NCBI GenBank assembly: GCA_964234715.1
Contig: OZ174279.1
Reading direction: 5' to 3' (one strand)
Source: Podarcis melisellensis
Lineage: Eukaryota
DNA: 64,000 bases
The notes beneath the pieces were generated by a model. That model ran no database searches. It was given only the letters and a program-made list of their open reading frames with translations, and was not told the origin of the DNA. The position numbers and the translations under genes were made by a program. This document shows positions 24,401 through 36,400 of the stretch, piece after piece. Numbering within the stretch: position 1 is the first letter of the stretch; every line of letters starts with the position of its first letter.

Positions 24401-27400
24401 AATATTATATGCTCCTATAAGAAGCCTAGATGTTGCTTCAGTTAAAGTGATCACATAATTCCATTAGTCTGTCTTTCTATTGAGCCCAGCTCCCCTTTGT
24501 TTTGCTATGGCACTAGATCAAAGTCCTTGAGGATTTTATTCCATTCACAAAAGTCTTCTCATTCATGTCATTGTCACTCATCCTTCCCCGCCCCAACCCC
24601 TTCATGAGCAAAACATTGCCCTTGCTAATTTGGTTTTTCTTCAGCCTTGGTAACAAAAACCAAATAATGTTTTCTTCCTTCTCCTGGACACCCGCTTTCT
24701 AATTGGACACAAAGAATAGAGGGGGTAAAGCAGCAACACTGAAGGTTATTGCACTGATGATTGCAATACTATTGAAATAAAAGCGGAGAATCCAAGCTGC
24801 AAAGCAAACAAGATTGCTCCCCCTGCCCACATCAGTAACTGCTCTTTTCTAATATTATGCAAACTGGGGGACTGGGCTGTACACATCCTCCTCCTCCTTT
24901 AACATGGCTGCAGTACAGGGCTTTTTCTATTGTGCATGACTGGGCTGTCTGAGAAGGGTTCTGATTGTATGTGCTGTCTCGCATTTCCATTTCATTAGCG
25001 TTAATAATAGGCAGGCATATTTTTGTGCGGGGGAGTGTTGCTGATAAAGTGACCTTTCAAAACTACAAAGCCCAGTAAAATGTAGCACGGAATAAGGGGG
25101 TTTAGAGCTGTTTCCAACTGTGAGGTCTCTAATCATAAAATTGGGTTGGATTTTAGTTGTCAGGGCAAGACAATAAATGGACTGCAAGCCCATTTCTTTG
25201 TTACAGTATGCCCCAAATGCATGGGGGATTAAAGAATTAAAACAAGGGGAAAGCTGTACTCAAAAGACCCTTCAGGCTGGTTTCAGATGAGAAAAAGGCA
25301 ACAAGAAGAGATGGGATGTAACCTCTAATTATTTATGGTATTGTTTTCTTTTGATTGTTAGGTTTTTGAGAGTACCTAAAATAAAATTTAAAAATAAATT
25401 GGGTGGGGGAGACAACAAATGATGCCCCACGATCTTATGCAATGTTGCCCCACGATCTTATGCAATGTAGTTACACACTGGGGAATGAAAAACATGAAAA
25501 GGGGAGATTTTAAAAAGATTTCTTTTTATTAATTATTTTGATATTTTACTTGTAGCCAGCCTTTCACCAGCCCTTCTAACCAGGGCAGGTTAGAAAAATA
25601 TCACAACTAAAAGAGTACAATTGTATTAAAACCTCAAAAAATATAACCACAAAATTCATCAGTAATGCAATTGACAAAACAACACCTCAGGATAGTAATT
25701 GAAGAGGAGGGAGGATATCCACTCAACCAAAGGTCTGCATAAAGAAAAGTAGAAATGTGGTAAGTCTAGATGGAGATGATGCATTAAAGGTTTCTAGTAA
25801 CTGGGAATGGTGAAGTCAATGGAAGAAGTAAAAGATTTTGGGGTTAAGTGCTAAGGTTGCAAGCTTTTGGAAGTCTCCAGCAGTGAGTGACATCACATCC
25901 ACCAGGTAGGGTAGGTAGGGCACAGTCATGAAGTCACCAAGGCAAAGACAAGAATTTTATGCAGAAGATGTGGAAGGAAAGTCTGTAGAGATGAGAGTTT
26001 ATATATTGTGTGAATACACGCGCACACAGACACACCATGCATATACCCATAATATACTGGACATGAATGAGGGGAATATACCAGCATGAGTCCAAGAGCT
26101 ATTTTCAACTGCGATGTCTAAACTATTGTGAGGGTTTGCTTAAAATTGAAGAAATCTTAAAAGTAATTGTTTAAAATCATGGGCAGAGTCTGTCAATGAA
26201 TATGACAAGGACACTTTTCTCCATTCAGTGTTCAAGTCTGATGCAGGTGACATGACTAGCGTTCCATCTGTCACTTTCTGTGAGGTATGAAAAGTGGAGA
26301 AGAAGTTGGTTAGCCTGAGTTCTGCTTTGGCTCCATATCAAGGTTGATGCATTTGTGCCAAGAGGGCTAATAAATGAGTCTTTGTGTTGTTTAGTGTGCA
26401 TGGAATTTGCATAGGCTGTGCTGGAGCAGGCAGATCTGTTTCTGAAAACAAGGAGCAAGTTCTTCTCGCTGTGTCTCTGCTTCCCAATGCCTCATCAGAA
26501 GCTTTCTGCACTTGTGTAAGCAATCTGACTTTCTGTGTTTATTAAGTAATAGGGGCTATCAGATTTCCTAGAAGTTTAGATTTGAAACCCTACAAATAGG
26601 TATTGCATGAATGACAGTCAAATTTAGTTCAGTGGATTTTCTTTAATGTTTAGATCATGACTGGGACACACGGGAGGGAAGGGTGAATAACTGGCATAGC
26701 TATTCTGTGGAGTGATCAGTTTTATTGGGTGAAGACACTAACTACTGCATTAAGCAAGTAGAGAGAAGTTGGATCTAATTAGATTACAATGTGTTTTGGA
26801 CACAATGTACTTAGTGGGCTGACATGTATAAGGCAGCAGAATGTGCTGCAAGTGGGAGGTCAATCGACAATCATTCCCAGCTGCTTGAGCTGAACTGCTC
26901 CATCTTGTCCTCGGCTTGTTAAGCACGTCAAACTGCAGGGTAGTCTACCAAGCAGCACTGGAATCAGACTGCACTTGGCAGCCAACTCACCAAGTGGCTG
27001 GAGAAAGCGGTACTTCTCCATGCTTTGCTGCTTTTGGAGTGATTTTGCCAACTTAATTGCTCCAATTAAGAACCTACTGTCCAGTTACAACTCACCCCTA
27101 GGCTGGCACTGCAGCAGGGTATTACCTACAGGGGTAATCTTCGTAAAAATATCCCACTGCATCATGGCATTCAAGTGCATAAGAGATAATTTGGTTAAAT
27201 TCATGTGACAGCCTTTCTTCCTGTGTGTCTTTAAATGTTTGACTTGCAACAAATTTTTCATAATACTTCACCTCAAAGAAAACAGATAATTATATTTGTT
27301 GAGTCCAACCGAACCCCCTCATAAAACAGGAATTTGCTCTCTTTGCATAGAGAGAAACCTGGCACAGAATGTCACATCTCAGAAGATGATGCAATCTCTA

Positions 27401-30400
27401 CCTCAAATCTGTTCTAGATTATTTTCATACATGCTTAGTAATTTGGAATGTAAGTTAAATTGTTGGTCTTTTTGTTAAATATTTTGATTAGGATCTCAAT
27501 ACCAAACTTTGGCCAGTTATAAGGTCTTGCCCTCTGTAGGGTCTGATGTGTAATATGACAGGTGAGTGCATCCCTCAAACAGAGACCATGCTGAAGGACT
27601 ATCTCCAGGTTGTACTTGATTGATTGCTAAATGATGTGCTATCTGGTCATCCCCACCTGACTTGATTTATACATGTTGTGCTGGTATCTACAGCAAGGAT
27701 AAGAAGCCTCAGGCCCCGGGGACCAAATGTGGCCCTCCAAGCCTCTCTATTCAGCTCTCAGGATGGCCAAAGCCCATCACCAGCCCTGCATCCTCAAGTG
27801 CTTTTATCTGGGTTGAATCTATTCTTAATTATTGTAACATCACTTTATTGCCTTGCTGCAGAGCTGTGTGTGTGTGTGTGTGTGTTTTAGAAACTTTTAC
27901 GTGGTGGATGTACCTTATTGTATAAAAAGTCACATACCTGCCTCTGGCTCTACCCTCCACTGGTATGTGACTCCCAGGAAGACTGTCCATGAGGGAATGC
28001 TGTCCTTGGGCTGAAATAGGTTCCCTACCCCAGATCTGCAGGTGGCTACTGCGTAGCTGAGTATTTTAGTTTGTGTTCAGGTATGTCTCCCAAAGTAATG
28101 TATCTTTGTTTCTCTCCCTAGTGATGCCATTTGCAGTTTAGTTATCTGCAATGACTCCTCCCTTCAACGGCATCAGATCATCTTCAATCCAGACTTCTTT
28201 GTGGAAAAGCTGCGACATGAGAAACCTGAGGCATTCACAGAGCTTGTGGTCAGTAACATCACCCGGCTGATTGACCTGCCTGGAGCAGAGCTAGCCCAGC
28301 TGATGGGACAGGAGGACCCTCAGTTGCCTGGCACATCCTCAGGGTTTTTCCGTTCCCTGATGTCTCTGAAACGCAAAGGTGAGCCTGATGTGTTGGCTAA
28401 GATTTTCCCCTTAATTTTTTGATGTTAAGCCTTGGTATCCTGGGTACAGCCTCTGCTAAGTGTCCCACATATGTGGCAACAACTCCAAGGAAGTATGTGA
28501 AAACCTTTCTGGTCCAAGTACAGTGCTGACCAGTCCCTTATCAAAAGAAAATAAGGGCAGTACAGGCAATTCTCATTTTACATGGGGGTTCAGTTCTGGA
28601 CCCCTGCGTGTGTTGGCGTAGCGTGCATAAGCCCATTCTACTCCCACTCTGTTCCACCCCTGTTCTTCCCCTTTTCAGGAAATCTTTATGATGCTTCAGG
28701 GCTACTTCTGGGTTTGGCACTGTGTGCGTGATCATGCGTCATTCGGACAGAGCCAGTGTGGTATAATGGTTAAGAGCGGTAGTCTCGTAATCTGGGGAAC
28801 TGGGTTCACGTCTCCGCTCCTCCACATGCAGCTGCTGGGTGACCTTGGGCCAGTCACACTTCTTTGAAGTCTCTCAGCCCCACTCACCTCACAGAGCGTT
28901 TGTTGTGGGGGAGGAAGGGAAAGGAGAATGTTAGCCGCTTTGAGACTCCTTAAAGGGAGTGAAAGGCAGGATATCAAATCCAAACTCTTCTTCTTCTGCT
29001 AAATCGGTCATTGCCTGTAAGACAATGACAATGTTTATTTAAATACTTGATTTACACAAGGGGTGGGAAACCTGTGGCCCTAAGATGCTGCTGGACTCAA
29101 AGTCGCATCAGTCCCAGGCAGCATGGCCAGTGATGATCAGGGATGATGGGAATTGTAGTCATCAATATTTGGAAGGCCACAGGTTCTCCACTCATAGTTT
29201 TCTTTATCATCCCTTTCAATTCCATTCTTATGGAGGACAAAGCTCTTGTTTTGGCAGCCATAATGGTGCCACCCATGCTAGAAGGTAGTATATGCATCTT
29301 TATTTTTTTTAAAGCAGGTTAAAAAAAAAAGTCCCGAAACAGAAAGGGGAAAACTGCATAGGTGTGTGCTTCTATGGAGGGTGGGAAGAGGAGGTGGAAA
29401 GCAGCAGAGAGTGAGGAGGGTGTGGTGTGCAAAGATGCCTGCCCACATGAGATCCACTTTTGGGGGTAGTTTACTACATACAGCTGCAATAGTAACGGAC
29501 TGTGCCTCTTGTTTCATCTGGAATAGGAGAGCTGGGGAGAGACCTTAGCTTGGTGACAGAGCATGCACTTTGCATTTGGAAGGTTCCACATATAATCCCT
29601 GGCTTCTACAGTTAAAACTAATGTGCAAAATGTTTGCCTGAAATCCTAGACATCTGCTGCCAGCCAGACAAATAGTCTACTCTGATCTAGATGAGCAAAT
29701 AGTCTGAACAGTGTAGTCTATGCCTTATATCTTACCTAGAAAAGCAATCACTAGTTCAGCTGTCAACTGGTGTACCTTCTTCCTCCCATTGTGCTGCCTA
29801 CACTTTTGGGTGTGCCAGGTTTGGATGAATGTTGTGCTCCCACCCATACTTGTAAAACATTTATGTTTAATTCTTTGGTCAGCTGGTCATTCTGTGCTAC
29901 TAGCAGGCAAGAGGATTCCTATAGCTATACTCTCCTGCTTCAGCTGGCTCTCAGTCTCGGTTCCCTTTGAAGATACCCTTATTTGTATCTCCTCTTCAAA
30001 GTCTTAACTGGACCTATGTACAGTAGCTGCTAAGAGCAATGTTCCTATGGTGTTGCTTAGAGATGCTGAACAAGGAAACAGTCACTTAAGTTGGGAGAAA
30101 AATCTGGTAGACAACCAGCCTTGGACTCTCAACCTGCATTTCTACTTGTTTCTTTTCTGGCAAATTTATTTTGCTGGAAGACGATCAGAGTGGCTGGGGC
30201 AACCCAATCAGATGGGTGGCATATTATTATTATTACTAATTACTATTCATCTTCATCATCATCTAGGGATATATTCCTTCCAAACTGAATTAAAATATAC
30301 AGCCCTTATTTCCCACTGCAATATAACTTACAAAGGTTTCCATCTTGCCCTGGCAACAAAATAATTAACGTCACATTTAAAGGATGAAATGTGAGATTGC

Positions 30401-33400
30401 TTGAACAATCCTTTACCTGCCTAAATATGACTACAAATATCAGCCCAAATATCTAAGATGTAGTTTTTATACAGATGTTCTATGCCCTAGGAATATTGGG
30501 GTGGGAGGGAGTAGGCTTAATGAATGAATGAAAGAATGAAGAACCTTTGGGTTGGGGGGATGAAAACATGCAGGGTGATGTATAACGCTGGAGAGAAGAG
30601 GGATTAATTACTGGAAGGTGAATGATAAAGTTTTGGGTGGAAGAAGGATTTTAGATATGAGCAATAATTTTGCATGGTGTGTAACTGGACGTGCGCACAT
30701 GTCATGTGGCCCTTGAAGAGGTGTCCAGCCCTCAATGCCAAATAAAGTTAGCCACCCTGTTCTGGGGTATTTCCCTGTAGTGGGGAGGGGATCCTTGGAT
30801 AGCTTGTCCCTCCCCACTTGCTCCACTGGGCAGAATTATTCAAATGAGATAGCTCGTACCTTCCAGTGGGATGGTGACCCCTCCAGTTCCTTCCTGTCTA
30901 GCTCCTTGTGCAGGAAGAATGTCATGGGACTGGCAAATTGATTCCCTTTGTGGCCATGTATCAAAATTCATTTTTACTTTAATGCCAATCACATATTGGA
31001 AGTTACCATGTTTTTCTATTCCCCTTTAAAGCTGCTAAATGTATATGGCAGTGTTCTGCTAATGCTTCCTCCCACCCCTCCTCCGCCATGTGCTCCCCAC
31101 ACTCTCCCCAGAACTGCTCCAGAGAATTGAGGGAACACAGTGAACAGAATTTGGGGCATGTGAGGAGAGAAGAGAAACATCAGCCTACTGGTATCTAAAT
31201 GGAGTTCCATGTGCTGAGGCTGTGTCCCTATGAATTCCAGATGATGGAGACAAATAGGGAAGATTATCATTGCTATGAAATGTTCAATTAGGCCTGCTGG
31301 AAACAGAATGCTTGTCAAGATGGACTTCGGGTTTGCTCCAGGAAGTTAGTTTTTATATATTGCCTATCCTTCTGTGGAATATGTTCCTTTGGGTCATTTT
31401 GAAACAGATCCAAGTTTAGAAAACCTGTATCTGTTTTACAGCATACTTTCCTTCCCAGATCACAGTAAGCGTTTTTTTGTTTGCTTTTTTTAAAACCTGA
31501 GGAGTTGCATTTGCAAGAGAAAGGGTCGAAGTGAACACACAGTGAACTGGGGCTTTTTAATTCTGCCTTTTCAGTATAGTATGGAAATGCTTGCACATTT
31601 CTGGGTCTCACAACAGTTGATGATGTTGGCTACTCATTATCTCCTCCTTTTCATCTCTAGAGAAAGGGGTGGTTTTTGGAGCTCCACTGACTGAAGAAGG
31701 TATTGCTCAAATATCTCAACTGATAGAATATCTGCATAAGAGTAAGTGGCTTGTGGTTTCCTTTCAGTCGTTGTTTAGTCAAGGATAGTGGACTGGCCTG
31801 GGGACACATATTTAACTCATTTCTGAGCTGAGGAAGTCCTAGGAGCTATGTGATTCTAGACACTAACCTTTTCCTCCACCCCCCCATATCAAATGTTTAG
31901 TGATTCTTTTTGCACTAGACCTCTGTAGGATGTTCAGATAATGTGGCAGGAAGAAAAGGAAGGTATAAAAGGTTAAGAAGCTTTGTCAATATACTAGAAG
32001 AGGACAACATTTTATCTAACATATTCTTGATACCCCTCTTGTCTTTCTTCTCATGGTGCAGATCTGCGGGTGGAAGGCTTGTTCCGAGTGCCAGGAAACA
32101 GTACCAGGCAGCAGAACCTGAAAGAAGCCTTGAACAGTGGGACAGAAATTGACTTGGATTCAGGAGAGTTTCACTCCAATGATGTAGCCACTCTGCTGAA
32201 GATGTTCTTGGGAGAATTACCAGAGCCTTTGTTGACCCATAAACATTTCCATGCACACCTCAAAATTTCAGGTGAGTCAGCCTTGGAGGGAAGTGGGAAC
32301 CAGCCCACAGGATGTTAGCATCAATAATTTGGCGTTTGCCTTGTTCAGTGATAAAGCTGTTGGGTTAGGATCAGAGAAAGGCCTACTTTCTCTGCCCATG
32401 TCATAATAGAAATATATAAGCATGAAATCTTTGGGATTTCTGATTTATGCTGAGGAAAAAAAGAGTGCAAAGGAGTGTGATGGCAAGTTGGGAATGGGCA
32501 GTTGATAAAATAGTGTATAGTTTCCTGAAATGTGTGTGCAGATGAAGTTTCTTGAGATGTTTTCCTGTTACTAGATCTGATGCTGTTGGATGACAAGGGC
32601 AACAAGACCAACATACCCGATAAGCAGCGTCAGATTGAAGCACTGCAGCTCCTCTTCTTGATCCTGCCAGCCCCCAATCGCAGCCTGCTCAAATTGCTGT
32701 TGGATCTGCTTTATCAGACAGCCAAAAAGCAGGACAGGAACAAGATGTCAGCTCATAACCTGGCTCTTATGTTTTCACCTCACATTTTGTGGCCTCGAAA
32801 TGTAAGTGATGTTACATTTTTAGGCAGCAGTACAAAAAACCAGGCTGGGAAGGAGTTCGTCTGTCCTATCCCAGCTTGGCTGCTGTGTCCTAACTCCTGA
32901 AAATAACTCCCTACCTCTACCAGGGATCTTGCATCTTACCTACACTCTCCTAACAATTCTGCTTTGGTGTTTTCCACTATTGCCAGGTGACTGCCAGTGA
33001 CCTACAGGAAAACATTCCCAAGCTAAATAACGGGATGGCTTTTATGATCAAGCACTCGCAGAAGCTCTTCAAGGTAGGTGCTTCAAAAGGAAGGGACAAT
33101 CTCTATCTCTCTTTCAGTATCTGCTTAGCAAATGTGTCAGGCTGTCCCCTCCTGGGGGAAAATATGTTCTGTGCACAGTCCTGACACTGTCAAGCCTGAC
33201 ATCTTTTTATCTATTACTTCCTTGGAGGTGCTGTGTACTGTGCCTGCTCCCTTTGCTGGGTAGATCACAAGTGGCACTGATATGTGAAAACAAGGCCTCC
33301 TATTAAATTGGCAGGATATCCTGCACATGTGAGTGTCCTTGTAGTTACCGTGCCAAACTCTGCCTTAACCAGACAGTGCCCCTTTCCTGATCAGTTACTA

Positions 33401-36400
33401 TCATGGTCTCTGAGGCTGCTCTTTGGGTCCTCATCTGTCCCTCTTTGCCATTTAGCTTAATAAATACCCCTATTAATGGCTAAAATCTCTAGAAAACTAG
33501 GCAGGTTCACATTTAATTGTCAAAAAGTGAGACTCCTAAAGCATCTGGTAGCATACAACATATCTGAGATGATAAAGGACTGAATGTTTGCCCTGGGTGA
33601 CCCTCCTACCTATAAAGGAAGCACGCTTCAGAAGATTTTGCATGGATTACATTCAAAGATGAAGTTGCTGGTCTGGCGGGGTGAGTGCCTGGAGCAACTG
33701 CTATAGGATGGAACCTCAAAGTTGGGGAGACTTTGGCTTAATTGTGTCTGACTCCTTCTGTTTCACTCTCAAGGCTCCCTCATATATCCGGGAATGTGCA
33801 AGGCTGCATTACTTGGACTCCAGAACACATGCCTCAAAGGTAAGAGCAGTCCATGACATTGGTCATGAAAGGGAGCACCCAACATGGGCACCAGCAGGTC
33901 AGCAAACTGATAACTAAAACAGTCTTGTCATGAGAATTTCCAATAAGGGATTCTTTGGGGGAAATCTATTCCTTAGGAAGGCAGAAAAGACGTAATTCGA
34001 CCCCAATTTTGTCACTTGGACTGCTACATATCCCCTCTATTAAAATGTGTTCTAGTTAGGCTAAAATTCTAGAGAATGGAACAAATTCTCATTTAACTGT
34101 CAAAAATAGAACAACATTATTATAGCACATGCATATTTTGGGGGGAGAGGAAAAGATCGAGCCCTCAGCTGTTCACCCAGGTCTGACTTTGCTACTGGAT
34201 ATGAAGCTCAGACTGCCTTTATTAGTGTGATGAAAGGCAAGATAGCTTTCATTGGGAGTGGGGTGCTAATGGTCTTTATAGGACAAAACAGCCCGAAGTG
34301 CAGAGGGTTCTTTTGAATTTTTGCAGGATGACTTGGACTTGCCTGTGCCCCGGAATTTCAAGGACTTCCAGCTTCTGAAATTCAAGAAGCGAGGACTGGT
34401 GGATCCCTCTGCCCACCAAGAAGACACACAGCAACATACAGAAGAAGCACTGAAAGAGCTATTCCACCATGTTCATAATATGCCAGACTCTGCCAAGAAA
34501 AAGAAGCTCATTCAACAGGTAGAAGGGAGACTTGGGTAACTGACTGGAGCAAAGAGGCATGAATGGGGCTTTGTGCTTGGAATGGAAACCAGGATCAATC
34601 TTTGGGATAGATGGGCAATGCTGCAGAGTTAATTATGCTATAAAGTGTGTGTTCTAGTTTCAGAAGCACCCTGAAGCTCTCACTCCTCAGGCAGGTGTAC
34701 CCACACCCCGGACCCAGAAGCGGGCTCGCACTCGTTCCTTCAGTGGCTTAATCAAGGTATGGCTCTTTCTACCATTAACAATAACTTCAGCTGCAGTGGT
34801 GCTGCTCAAGTTACTTCTCGCTGGTGTATGTATTGGGCATATTGTCTGCTGTCCAAATGCATAAGCTTTCTGATGGTATGGGGTGTACATATTCAGGCTT
34901 CCATAAATAAACCCTATTCTGTTCTGTTGCCTTTTTCTTTCCGTTCCCCAGTCACAATCCCAGTGTTTTCCTTTTCTTCATACAGCGTAAGGTGCTGGGG
35001 AGTCAAGGGTCTTTGGATAAAAAAGGGAAGGATGCAGTTTTGGAATCAGCGGGCATGAAAGAGCAGAAGCACGGCAGCAAGGAAAATGTTAGCATGGTAA
35101 GGCCAGCTGGAAGAACAATCACTGTGCACTCATAATGGGGTTGGTTCATGAAGGGGGTTGGTGCTAGCTATTGCCTGCAGTTTATATCTGTCTGCACTGA
35201 TGTGGCGCCCTAAATTATCCTGAGCACAACAGGAAGTCTGGGAATAAGCCTAAAGCTCTAGATGCATCATTCACATGACTAACGGAGCAGCCCTAAGCTG
35301 TGTTGGTGCTGGGCCTGGAATATGCCACTGCTATGCGAGTGGAATGGCTACTAAATGCAGTACCTGCTCAACCCTGGACATGAGTGGGGAATGGAGGGAA
35401 GACACACCAGCCATGACCCCAACTTCCTTGGAAACACTGCTATTGTCCACCAGTTTCAGAATGTGGTAGAAATGATACCTCCCACGCTGCCCAGAAACAA
35501 AGAGAGCCAAACCACACTGGCAGGCTTGTGAGTGGAGCCATGCTAGCTACGACCATGCTTCCTCAATACACAGCATCCCAACATGTGAGCCTCAGTAGCA
35601 GAGCTCCCAAGAGGCCCCAGGCAGCCTTGTAGGAAGGGATCCAGCACTTCAAATACCCCACCCCACATAGTTGCACACCAGCCTCAGATCCCTGGCAGCT
35701 CATAGAACCAACCCCCAACCACCCTGTGCCTGATGGCTCTGCCTTCTGGGTAGCATCCCATCCCTCACTGACTGCCTCATATCCCCTGGCAGCAACACTC
35801 ATCCCCTTGGTGCATTCTCAGTGACCCATCTGTGGAGCCAGAGGAAACAGGAAGTGAGGGAGCCCAAGTCACATCCAACCTCCCTACCCACCCTCCTTCC
35901 AAGAGTTGCATCCTAAAGCCACTTGAACCTGATTCAATACTTATGGAACATTGATTTTTTTTATTGAATGGCACCTGACAGAGTGGATCTGAAAAGATAA
36001 AGAGGCATGTACATGGTTACTGACCAATCATCCCAGCAGAGTTTTTGTGCTGAGTGGCCAACCCTACAAAGGAGCAACTGGAAGGGAATTTTTCTGTGCC
36101 ATGTTTGGTATAAAGTGTTGGTGTTGATGTTGACATGGATGTGTATTGAAGGGGTACGGGATCCAGCATAAGTGCTGCTTGTCTCTGTTGCCCATAGCTG
36201 TGACACTTTCCAGATACGTATGTCACTGGCTGAGCGTTCTGCCAGCATATCTGTTATGGCAGTGACACATGTGGCATTCTTCCAGTGCAGCAGGGTTTCC
36301 ACTGAATCCTGTAGCCCCTGACCCAGTGTAGGAGTGAGCCCTAAGCCCATCTGCCCTGCTGCTCTTAGGCAGTTGAACTCTTTCTTTCCCAGTGTAACAA

